From: Bacillus phage SP-15
Sequence record: KT624200.1
Strand: one strand, 5' to 3'
Length of the DNA stretch: 40,000 bases
Shown: one piece after another, positions 8,073-16,402 of the stretch
Position numbering within the stretch: position 1 is the stretch's first letter
How the letters are laid out: the number at the start of each line of letters is the position of its first letter
Notes under the pieces: generated by a model
What the model was told of the DNA's origin: nothing
The model's database searches: none
What the model saw: only the letters and a program-made list of their open reading frames with translations
Program-made: the position numbers and the translations under genes

Positions 8073-8816
8073 TTGGACAATATAACAGCAGTATTTGAAT
8101 GGCTCAACATATTTAAAGGAACTCGACGTGAATTCATCGGTATGTTTAAGGGTACTCCGCTATTGACAACTGATCACTTCAGACAACGTGTATCTGAAAG
8201 ATATCCTAAAGAAGTTGAAATGATCTTAGGCAAGAACATGACTCAACTTTACGAAGATATCTCTGAGGATTACCGTAAGTATGGAGTGAACAAATACCAT
8301 AAAGGTGCTATTGATTATACCACAGAGTGTACCAATCACGAAGGTAAGAAATTCAATGTCAACTTAATGGTCAATTATCTGTCTGATAAAGTTTCTTCAG
8401 GTAGTGAGAGCCGTGATAAAATGATAAATGAACTTCTCAGTAATTACGTTAAGGAATCCGATTCTCGTAAACGTAGTCAAATTTACAAGGAATTTACTGA
8501 GGCAGTTAAGCAATATATAGATCCGAAGTATCACGATTTGGTTATCCGAGGTAAACTTCGATTAGGGGATTTTGCCGTAGCAATGATTTCTATCTTTGGA
8601 AGTGTAGCTACTCCTGAAGATATTGCAGCAGGTAAGTTACGTAAAATCAAGGCATCAGAGGATACTCGATACATCGGTCATCGTAAGTTACCAAGAACTA
8701 GTTTCAATGAAACTGAGTACAACAAATTAGTAAAATGGTCTGATAACAACATATCACATGCTGCTCGAAAGAAAAGTCGTGACGTTGTATCATATAATGA
8801 ATTTACAGTTCTATAA
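8073..8816 (+). CDS. Hypothetical protein (start codon uncertain: TTG 8073 or later ATG)
   Basis: Long ORF collinear with neighbours; weak SD at the listed start. Confidence 0.55.
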   Translation: MDNITAVFEWLNIFKGTRREFIGMFKGTPLLTTDHFRQRVSERYPKEVEMILGKNMTQLYEDISEDYRKYGVNKYHKGAIDYTTECTNHEGKKFNVNLMVNYLSDKVSSGSESRDKMINELLSNYVKESDSRKRSQIYKEFTEAVKQYIDPKYHDLVIRGKLRLGDFAVAMISIFGSVATPEDIAAGKLRKIKASEDTRYIGHRKLPRTSFNETEYNKLVKWSDNNISHAARKKSRDVVSYNEFTVL

Positions 8817-8833
8817 CGACAGGAGATGTAGTA

Positions 8834-9289
8834 ATGCCTAAAGCACAACCTCAGTCAGTCATGGATGAGAAATTAATGCAAGCATTTGATGGGAATCAAG
8901 TAGTGTTGGTAACCACAAAGAATTCAGAGTCGCAGTATCCACAAACTACCTCGGTATCTTGGATTAAAGCTCTCGACAATTCTAGTCTTAGATTAGCAAC
9001 TGGCTTCCGCTCAGCACTTGTTAAGAATGTTCGAGAGGACGATTTTATATCAGTCGCTATTATGGCTAATGAAACTGTATACGCTATTTACGGTCATGCT
9101 AAGATATTGGTTGATAAAATGGACGGAGTCTCAGTCCCAATGACTCTAATCGAAATCGATATTGAGTCAATCTATAAAACCATGTTCTGGGGAGCTAAGG
9201 TAACTGCATATCCTGAGTACGTGAAAACTTATAACGTTGATAAAGCTGAGAAACTAGACGAAGAAGTTTACTCAGTATTGTTACAATAG
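8834..9289 (+). CDS. Pyridoxamine-5'-phosphate-oxidase-like flavin split-barrel protein
   Basis: VVLVTTKNSESQYPQTTSVSWIKALDNSSLRLATGFRSALVKNVRED...VAIM pattern of the FMN split barrel family. Confidence 0.65.
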   Translation: MPKAQPQSVMDEKLMQAFDGNQVVLVTTKNSESQYPQTTSVSWIKALDNSSLRLATGFRSALVKNVREDDFISVAIMANETVYAIYGHAKILVDKMDGVSVPMTLIEIDIESIYKTMFWGAKVTAYPEYVKTYNVDKAEKLDEEVYSVLLQ

Positions 9290-9298
9290 GAGGAACTT

Positions 9299-9598
9299 AT
9301 GAATCATAAAATACAACCAACTGGTCAAAATGTAATTATCGAAATCCTTAAGGAAGAGGAGAAGTTAGGTTCAATTATTCTACCTCCTCCACAGAAAGGT
9401 CAACGTGACTTCTTCCAAGCTAGAGTTATTGCGTCAGGTAAAGGTACTTATATTGGTAACAAGTTTGTACCGAATGACGTTAAAGAAGGAGATATCGTAC
9501 TAGTACCTCGTCTAGCTATCAAGAAGATGAAAGTTAGTGGAGAGGATAAATTGATAAGTTACACACGCAACATAGACATCGAGGCTATTGTAGAGTAG
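9299..9598 (+). CDS. GroES-like co-chaperonin
   Basis: IQPTGQNVIIEILKEEEKLGSIILPP ... ARVIASGKGTYIGN...VKEGDIVLVPRLA: Cpn10 layout including a mobile-loop-like GSIILPP. Confidence 0.8.
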   Translation: MNHKIQPTGQNVIIEILKEEEKLGSIILPPPQKGQRDFFQARVIASGKGTYIGNKFVPNDVKEGDIVLVPRLAIKKMKVSGEDKLISYTRNIDIEAIVE

Positions 9599-9631
9599 TC
9601 TCCGATTTGATAATACTGAGGAGGTATACAT

Positions 9632-10111
9632 ATGAATGGTAAAACTCATGTAGCAACTTCAATAGCTCTATCGTTTGGAGTTGCTACTATACTCGGAGTG
9701 GAACCTAATTTTGAATTAGCTGCAGGTACAGCATTAGGAGCTCTACTACCAGATATAGATCACCCTAACTCAATTCTTGGAAGGAGATTATGGGGAAAAC
9801 ATATTCCTCCTAAGGATAGAGCTAAAATTGCTTACAAAACTCATAGGAAGTTCACACATTATCCAGAGGTATGGCTTGTAGGTTCTCTGATTTTAGCATT
9901 CTTTTATGCTAGTTCGTACCCTAACTTCATAGGAGGAGTTATTATCGGATGGCTGGGTCATTTATTGGGAGACATGTGTACTAAGTCTGGAATACCTTCG
10001 AAAATTGCAGGAACTCTTAAGTTTCCTATAACTTACCGCTCAGGTACTCCTTCGGTCGAGTATATGTTTATTGGACTGTCAATTATTCTTATATCAATTT
10101 TTCTCAGCTAG
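9632..10111 (+). CDS. YdjM/DUF457-type membrane-bound metal-dependent hydrolase
   Basis: NGKTHVATSIAL, GALLPDIDHPNSILGRRL, THRKFTH and GHLLGDMCTKSG with hydrophobic segments. Confidence 0.8.
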   Translation: MNGKTHVATSIALSFGVATILGVEPNFELAAGTALGALLPDIDHPNSILGRRLWGKHIPPKDRAKIAYKTHRKFTHYPEVWLVGSLILAFFYASSYPNFIGGVIIGWLGHLLGDMCTKSGIPSKIAGTLKFPITYRSGTPSVEYMFIGLSIILISIFLS

Positions 10112-10186
10112 GACTGAATCAGGGTGTTTAGGGGAATGCTAATGGTGAAGGGGTTGCCCCGAAGTTCCTTGAGAGGAGAATTGTAT

Positions 10187-10348
10187 ATGTGTGATAATTC
10201 TAAAGAGACTCTTCCTATTAGCCTAGGCATAGTCGTAGAGATGATTAAAACTGACCACTTAGTGGTAAAAGATGGTGGAAGGATAAAATTCTTAAAGAAC
10301 AATGAAATCCGCCATTACGATCAAGCTGAGAAATCATTTCCTCGTTAG
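10187..10348 (+). CDS. Small hypothetical protein
   Basis: ATG 10187 with SD gagaggagaattgtat; the ORF track start at 10124 lies upstream. Confidence 0.5.
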   Translation: MCDNSKETLPISLGIVVEMIKTDHLVVKDGGRIKFLKNNEIRHYDQAEKSFPR

Positions 10349-10371
10349 TTGGCTGGATTCAATCCGCTCGG

Positions 10372-10382
10372 ACGTTTATAAT
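10372..10382 (+). promoter_or_regulatory. Recurring intergenic motif (copy e)
   Basis: ACGTTTATAATGGTGAGG. Confidence 0.5.
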
Positions 10383-10444
10383 GGTGAGGTCGGCTTGTTG
10401 TGAAGCAAGTCTTATTGTTGATTATACTTTCGGAGGTGCTGTTG

Positions 10445-10807
10445 ATGAGTTCAACTGCAATTGTTAAAAATAAAGAAACTAATTCACTAACCATCGTTAC
10501 TGGTGTTACTAAATCCGCTACTTTTAGGGAGTTCGTCGAGACAATTCCTGATTACTTCCCTCTATTTGCTGAGGAGTTAGGATTTAGTGTAGTCGCTATC
10601 ATCGATACGGATAACGATCCATTGGTTCAAACATTCGACAATATTCAATCCATGTCAATGAAGAACTTCTTCAAATCTTTGAGCAAAATGGGTAACGAGT
10701 TTATTGAATTGGCTAGCAATTCCTCCGATATTGACATTGATGACCGACGTCAAATTAAGATAGGATTAGCTAATCTTGAGCGAGACATCAACCTGAAGTT
10801 CTATTAA
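10445..10807 (+). CDS. Hypothetical protein
   Basis: ATG 10445 with SD cggaggtgctgttg (the ORF track start is 10400). Confidence 0.6.
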   Translation: MSSTAIVKNKETNSLTIVTGVTKSATFREFVETIPDYFPLFAEELGFSVVAIIDTDNDPLVQTFDNIQSMSMKNFFKSLSKMGNEFIELASNSSDIDIDDRRQIKIGLANLERDINLKFY

Positions 10808-10818
10808 TCTTCAGGTTC

Positions 10819-11082
10819 GTACCTTGCTCATTGCGTATCTAGAAGGTACATGATGAGCATGGTATGAATTATAAGTAATACCATGCTCCAAGTTGAAATC
10901 AACCAACCACTGGGTCATGAGTAACGTTAGGTTACTCGTGGTCCAGTCTAACTCACGATAGGTTTTTTCCATTATTGCTCATTGCTATTCCTTTTTCTAA
11001 TCCCAAACCAAACAACCCTTTACTATCGTGAGTTAGACTGGGCTACGAAGTAGTCCCAAAGTACAAACGGAGTCCCAGTACT
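10819..11082 (+). ncRNA. Candidate structured intergenic RNA / leader with competing stems
   Basis: GAGCATGGTAT/ATACCATGCTC (10855-10865/10878-10888); TGGGTCATGAGTAAC/GTTACTCGTGGTCCA (10911-10925/10931-10945); CCAGTCTAACTCACGATAG/CTATCGTGAGTTAGACTGG (10943-10961/11023-11041), extendable to 26 bp with G.U. Confidence 0.5.
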
Positions 11083-11150
11083 TGGCATTGTTGTGTTTCA
11101 ATTAGTTTATCACCTCCACAAGTGATAATACGAAAAGGAGATGCATACGT

Positions 11151-11585
11151 ATGCAAAAGAACCCTAATGGTAGAGGAACTAGCGATCAAGATAAGGTTAA
11201 CCGTAATCTTAAGCAGTCCTCTAACAAAGATGTAGAATTCGGTACTGAAGGTGTAGTAGAAGCTACATCAGGAGATTCTGCTGGTCAGAATGAATCGTTT
11301 CGTGGGCGTACGATTAGGCAACTCAATCCAGTGAATGAATCCTCTCCAGAGTTTCATTCTAAACAGATTGTAGCTGTGCGTAGGAATGGAAGGAACATTT
11401 CAGCTGTTCAGTTCCAAGATGGATCTTCTGTAGATGTAGAAGAAGCTATTGCACTTGCAGAAGAAGGCTACATCGAAGGAGTTAACACTGGTACTACTCG
11501 TGGATCTGATGGTAAGCAGAAAACGTTACGTAGTTACCCTGATGGGGATGCAAGTAACAATCTGGATAACTTACCTTCATTCTAA
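11151..11585 (+). CDS. Hypothetical protein
   Basis: SD gaaaaggag upstream; low-complexity hydrophilic protein. Confidence 0.6.
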   Translation: MQKNPNGRGTSDQDKVNRNLKQSSNKDVEFGTEGVVEATSGDSAGQNESFRGRTIRQLNPVNESSPEFHSKQIVAVRRNGRNISAVQFQDGSSVDVEEAIALAEEGYIEGVNTGTTRGSDGKQKTLRSYPDGDASNNLDNLPSF

Positions 11586-11614
11586 TCGAATTTAGATTAC
11601 CTCCGTTTGTACTC

Positions 11615-11638
11615 AGGGAGTAGGATTTCCTACTCCCT
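11615..11638 (+). terminator. Stem-loop
   Basis: AGGGAGTAGG-attt-CCTACTCCCT followed by ATTTATATAAT. Confidence 0.55.
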
Positions 11639-11649
11639 ATTTATATAAT

Positions 11650-11946
11650 ATGAAAGTAGGTAACCTTATGGTAGATAACTTAGATGAAGCTAAAAGAAGA
11701 AAGTCTCATAAAGAACCTCAACTTAAAGCTGACCTTGAAGAAGTACTTAAGAAGTTAGCTGCAGGAGAGTTCCCTAAGTACAATCGTACTGAAACTCTAA
11801 GAGATTTTGGTAAAGCTAAATCATTCTCAGATGGAGTAAGAGCAGTCGTGAAAACAATGATCAGACTGTCAGGTGCTTCACCTAACAATGACCAATTACT
11901 TCAGCATTATGAGTTAGCAATTATCCAACATATTCTGAAAGGTTAA
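11650..11946 (+). CDS. Hypothetical protein
   Basis: Collinear ORF; start uncertain (ATG 11650 or 11668). Confidence 0.5.
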   Translation: MKVGNLMVDNLDEAKRRKSHKEPQLKADLEEVLKKLAAGEFPKYNRTETLRDFGKAKSFSDGVRAVVKTMIRLSGASPNNDQLLQHYELAIIQHILKG

Positions 11947-12015
11947 TCCTCAACTAATACACCTAGGTAGGCTTGAGTCCTCTGATAACACCTCATTTTA
12001 TGGAGGTGACCTCTA

Positions 12016-12303
12016 TTGAAACCTATAGATCCAGAAATTATGAAATCATTCTCCGAATTTAAGGCACTCCAAATATCTTCCGAATTAGGGGATATATTGG
12101 TTTTGAGAGATGACGATCCGTCGATTACATTAGAATTCCGTCATAAATTAGCTCAAACTTTAGGTAATAGGTTAGGTGTCCCTATAATATTTATAAAGGA
12201 TACTATGGAAGTTGAGCTTAGCACGATCGATAACGTTAGAAAGTTACTGGATAAGATGGAGTCTAAGATAAAAGAACTAAGACCGTCCTCAGAATTGCAT
12301 TAG
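12016..12303 (+). CDS. Hypothetical protein immediately upstream of terL
   Basis: TTG start 12016 with SD ggaggtgacc; position is typical for a packaging accessory protein, but homology was not recognised. Confidence 0.5.
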   Translation: MKPIDPEIMKSFSEFKALQISSELGDILVLRDDDPSITLEFRHKLAQTLGNRLGVPIIFIKDTMEVELSTIDNVRKLLDKMESKIKELRPSSELH

Positions 12304-12314
12304 GAGGTAAGTAT

Positions 12315-13931
12315 ATGGAAGACTTGATACAAATTCTCCAGTCAGAGGATTCTCAGTTAGCTAAACTGGCTGCTGATATGGGTATTGACCCTAAAAGTAT
12401 GACTGAAGAGGAACGAAGAGTACTAATTCAAATTCTCCAGGAGATGGCTACCGATGGTGATTCTGAGACGCTAAATAGCTTATTCTATGCTGACTATGAC
12501 GAAGTCCCAGTCGACATAGATACATTTATAGAAGATCCAGAATACTTCGGTAATGGTACTGATCAAGGTAAACTTATCTATCCTTTCTGGAGAAAGGAAC
12601 TAAGAAAGATATTTGCTCCAGGTAATAAATATTTCGAGGTTTGTCTATCAGGAGATACGGAGGTCAAACTACTTGACGGACGTACTCTTACTATGGAACA
12701 GATGCTTCTTGAGCAGATTAGTGGTACCGATAAGTTCTATGTTTATTCTTATGATATGAGACTAAATAAAGTTACAGTCGGAACTGCTCACTCAATCATG
12801 CCTACGGGTATTAAACCAGTATATCGGATTACATTAGATAACGGAGAGTCATTCAAGGCTACGGATAACCATAAAATCCTTATGCGGGATAAGTCCTGGA
12901 AGACTGTAGGTCAATTGTCAGAAGGAGATAGCTTAATGCCATTCAACTGGACTTATGATGGCAAAGGGTACGAGCAAATTAGTCATCCTAAAAAGGATGG
13001 ATCCTCAAGGACTGAACCTACTCACGTCATGGTTAAGAAGTGGAAGTACGGAGGGTTCGCCTACAATCGCAAGAAGAAACGTACGATGCATCATCGTGAC
13101 TTTAATAAGAGGAACAATGATCCTCGTAATTTGGTAGCTACTGAGCATCAAGCTCATATCGAGTACCACTCTAAAGTGATCAGCCAGAGACTGAGAGATC
13201 CAGAATTCCAAGCTAAAATGACTGAGGGTAAGAGACGTAAGTTCAAAGATCCTAAACATCGAGAAAGATTAAGACGTACTATTAGTGAGGACTGGAAGAA
13301 CAATTATGAAAGAAGAGTAGCTGCTGTATCCGGTAATAATCAGGAGTTTATGAATTCCGAGGAAGGCAAGAACTTAGCTAAGTCTAATCTTAAGATATTC
13401 CAGGATGCCCTCAAGAACGGGGAAGACTGGGCAGTCGAGAAGCATCGTAAGAAATCTCAAGAAGCATCACGTAAGAGGTGGTCCAAGGATGGAGTCCGAT
13501 CAGCCGTAATACGGATATGTCGTAAGCTATATGATGAAGACACTGAGATTAGTGAAAGCACGTACAATTCAGCTAAACCTCACAACATGAAGAATTGGAA
13601 GAAGTTATTTAGTGAGGGATTCTTTGAATCTGAAAGTGAGCTAATAACTCAAGTCGAAAATTACAACCACAGGGTTGTATCCATCGAATATGTTGGAGAA
13701 GAGGTAGTCTATGATATGCAAGTTGACTCCGAGCACAACTTCGGATTGCAGTGCGGAGCATTCGTACACAATTGTGTCACTGGAGGTATCGGACTAGGTA
13801 AGTCAACAATTGCAGTTATCGGATTAGGGTATTCTTTACATAAGTTGTTATGCCTAAAGAATCCCCAAGAGTACTACGGACTGACTAAGTCATCAATAAT
13901 AGGCATTGCTTTCTTTAATATAACACTGGAT
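12315..13931 (+). CDS. terL: Large terminase, exon 1 / precursor segment including a cis intein
   Basis: Extein MEDLIQ...NKYFEV joins to CVTGGIGLGKSTIAVIGL (Walker A); coding stops at 13934 directly inside the group I intron. Confidence 0.85.
12642..13772 (+). mobile_element. Intein (377 aa) with HNH-like endonuclease domain, inserted just before terL Walker A
   Basis: Block A CLSGDTEVKLLDGR, block B ATDNHKIL, HNH-like MHHRDFNKRNNDPRNLVATEHQAHIEYH, block F VYDMQVDSEHNF, block G GAFVHN|C. Confidence 0.92.
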
Positions 13932-15127
13932 TAACCGACTGACTGGTCCAGTATAAACCTCGAGAATTGCTGGGACGCTCGCTAATGTTAAGGTACTCGC
14001 TAATGCAGTAATAATCCTTAAGATTGAGTAATCAGCAGCCGAGCCTACTAAGTTTCATACAGTTGGACTAAAGTGATGTTGAAGGCTTCTACTTCAAGGA
14101 GGTCGTCGAATGTTACAGTGTCCAATATGTGATAAAGAAGTGAAGATGTTGAGACGACATCTTATGATAACTCACAAACTAACTAAGAAAGAAATAAGTG
14201 AACGTTATGGTCATTTGAAAATGATAACTGATGACGTTAGAAAGTCTAGAACTGAAGGTGCTAAGAGAGGATGGAAGAATTCTGACAAACTTCCTGAGTC
14301 ACGTAAGCACATGTGGAAAGATCCTAAAAATAAAGAAAACCATCTCAAGTCTATGTCAAGTAAGGAAGTCCGAGGTAAAATATCTCAAGCTATGAAAGAG
14401 GCATGGCAAGATGAGGACAAGAGAGCTAATCTACTTCAGGCTACTAGAGAGTCCCACAATACTCCTGAATATCTTGAGAAAGTTAGTAATATCAAAAAGG
14501 AGCAGTGGAGTGATGCTGAGTGGCGAGCAATGATGGAGGAAAAGTTCGCTAGTGAGGAGTACCGTCAGCGAGTATCTGAAGGTCAGAAGAAGAGCTACGA
14601 ACGTAATCCTGAACGTAGAGAGCTCGTAAGTCAGAATAACTTAAGAAGATGGAGAAATAGAGACAGTACTCCTGACGACGGATTTGTCAATCCGAATATG
14701 AACCATGGTCAATTTCCTTACAAGGATATGTTCATGAGAAGTAGTTGGGAGGTCAAGGTCGCTAAAGTTCTAGATGAATTAGGGATAGTTTATCAATACG
14801 AAACTGTATCTATTCCTTACGAGGGTCACACATATGTTACAGACTTCTACCTACCAGAGTTCAATACAGTTCTTGAGGTCAAGCCTAATCGATTTACAAA
14901 TGATCCTATAGTTCAAAAGAAGAAGTTAGCTTGTGAGAAATTATACGAGTTCCACTTTATTACAGAAGATGATATGAAAGACTTAGTAGGAAGGTTCAGA
15001 GACTATCGAAAGGGTAAGCTCACTAATGCGTGAGTGTAGAACCGAGTAGAGTACTGCGTATATAATACGTGGGAAGCACGAGGCATCCTGCTAGCTATAG
15101 CAGGTAATGATATAGTCCAACTAATTG
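13932..15127 (+). mobile_element. Group I intron in terL
   Basis: P1: exon ACTGGAT pairs with GTCCAGT (U.G at the splice site). P: AATTGCTGGGA (13965). Q: AATCAGCAGCC (14030). R: GTTCAGAGACTA (14995). S: AATGATATAGTCC (15106). P10: TGACTG with exon 2 CAGTCA. Exon 2 resumes in frame (...NITLD|QSYGVAYRK...). Confidence 0.93.
14110..15033 (+). CDS. Intron-encoded homing endonuclease: N-terminal zinc finger plus C-terminal PD-(D/E)XK-like domain
   Basis: CPICDKEVKMLRRHLMITH; basic repeats (EGAKRGWKN, SQAMKEAWQD); MRSSWEVKVAKVL...TDFYLPEFNTVLEVKPN. Confidence 0.85.
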   Translation: MLQCPICDKEVKMLRRHLMITHKLTKKEISERYGHLKMITDDVRKSRTEGAKRGWKNSDKLPESRKHMWKDPKNKENHLKSMSSKEVRGKISQAMKEAWQDEDKRANLLQATRESHNTPEYLEKVSNIKKEQWSDAEWRAMMEEKFASEEYRQRVSEGQKKSYERNPERRELVSQNNLRRWRNRDSTPDDGFVNPNMNHGQFPYKDMFMRSSWEVKVAKVLDELGIVYQYETVSIPYEGHTYVTDFYLPEFNTVLEVKPNRFTNDPIVQKKKLACEKLYEFHFITEDDMKDLVGRFRDYRKGKLTNA

Positions 15128-15601
15128 CAGTCATATGGTGTTGCCTATCGTAAGCTCCAAGGATTTCTAAAGGATTCTCCTTGGTTCTTACGTAACGGTA
15201 CAGTTCGTGGACTAAAGAACAAAGTCTATAAACCCAATAAGGGTATTGAATTCGTAGTAGGTTCAAGTCCTTCTCACGGTTTAGGACGTGATATCTTCTG
15301 TTTGACTGGTGAAAGTAAAATATATACTCCTGAAGGAGTGAAAACTCTAAGTCAAGTAGAGGGTCAGGAAGTCTGCGTACTTTCATTCAATCCTGCGACT
15401 GAGAAGTTTGAGTGGAGTGATCCTGCTCTAGTAGCTGCTACGGGAGTTCGTAATGATGTATACGAAATAGGATTCGAGGATGAGTCCTTTATGCGTTGTA
15501 CAGGCGATCATAAAGTTATGGTACGAGTTAGTTCAGGTACTACAGAATACAAAGAAGCTAAATCACTAATCCCAGGTGATGATGTTATATCACTCAACTG
15601 A
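15128..15601 (+). CDS. terL: Large terminase exon 2, ending in the N-terminal half of a split intein
   Basis: QSYGVAYRKLQGFLKDSPWF...SSPSHGLGRDIF | CLTGESKIYT...; TGA stop at 15599-15601. Confidence 0.85.
   Translation, partial: QSYGVAYRKLQGFLKDSPWFLRNGTVRGLKNKVYKPNKGIEFVVGSSPSHGLGRDIFCLTGESKIYTPEGVKTLSQVEGQEVCVLSFNPATEKFEWSDPALVAATGVRNDVYEIGFEDESFMRCTGDHKVMVRVSSGTTEYKEAKSLIPGDDVISLN
15299..15598 (+). mobile_element. Split intein N-half (IntN, 100 aa)
   Basis: Block A CLTGESKIYTPEGVKTL; block B MRCTGDHKVMV; ends AKSLIPGDDVISLN*. Confidence 0.9.
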
Positions 15602-15672
15602 AATGCCAATAATAGGCTTATACTTTGGTTACTCTGAGGAGTTCCTATCAAACATTTTGGAGGTAGAGTATA

Positions 15673-16365
15673 GTGCCTATTACGTTTTTACGTGAGAATG
15701 AAGAAGTTATTATGCAAGAAGATAAATGGGTTACAGTAACAAAAGGGAGTAGCCCATTGAAAGGTCGTCACTTGTTATTGGATGATAAGGGTAATATCAA
15801 AGGTGGTAATGTCCCTAAACATGTCCAAGATAAGATGAAAGGTGGTAAAGTTAGTAAAGGTGGTTCTTCTAAGAAGGATTACAAGGATATGAGTGATGAC
15901 GAGAAGAAATCCATGGGTGATAGTCGTCGTAAACACTTCAGAGATGGTATTGATAAAGAAGCTAAGAAAGCGTTATCAACTCCAGCTACTGATGATAAAG
16001 TTTATAGTGGTAAAAAGACTATTAAACGTTACACTGTCCCTGAGGAGAATTTTGGATTGGGTCATTCAGGCTTAGGTTCTGAGAGATACGCTAAAGCTAT
16101 AGCTGATGTTAAAATGGCAGCTAAAGACCTGACTACTAAGATGCAGAAGAAATACCCTGGAGCTAAAGTTGAGTTCGAAGCAAATGCTAGGTCTACTGGT
16201 ATCGGTGCTGGTGGGGTTATGTATAAAAACCCTACTTTTAAAGTTAAAGGGGTACCTCACGAAGATCCACTTCATAATAATGCCCTTAAGATTCTAGCTG
16301 CTCATTTGAGTAAAGCAGACAATAACAGTAACGCTATTGGTAAGTCTTTAGGAGTTCACTGGTAA
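15673..16365 (+). CDS. Unknown 230-aa protein encoded between the two intein halves
   Basis: GTG start with SD (tttGGAGGTagagtataGTG). No HNH, GIY-YIG, LAGLIDADG or Vsr-type motif recognised. Confidence 0.75.
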   Translation: MPITFLRENEEVIMQEDKWVTVTKGSSPLKGRHLLLDDKGNIKGGNVPKHVQDKMKGGKVSKGGSSKKDYKDMSDDEKKSMGDSRRKHFRDGIDKEAKKALSTPATDDKVYSGKKTIKRYTVPEENFGLGHSGLGSERYAKAIADVKMAAKDLTTKMQKKYPGAKVEFEANARSTGIGAGGVMYKNPTFKVKGVPHEDPLHNNALKILAAHLSKADNNSNAIGKSLGVHW

Positions 16366-16402
16366 TAGACTCTCATCAAAATCTTGAAGGATAGGTGATA
16401 TT

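Noticed and set aside
12955-13137. ORF overlapping the intein in another frame
   Set aside because: Short, no SD, fully inside the well-supported intein coding frame.
13005-13259. Minus-strand ORF in the intein
   Set aside because: Antisense shadow ORF without start signals or recognisable product.
13935-14109. True terminase stop at 13932-13934 as evidence of a truncated or pseudo terL
   Set aside because: The stop is just inside a group I intron whose P1, P10 and core elements are visible; the reading frame resumes at 15128.
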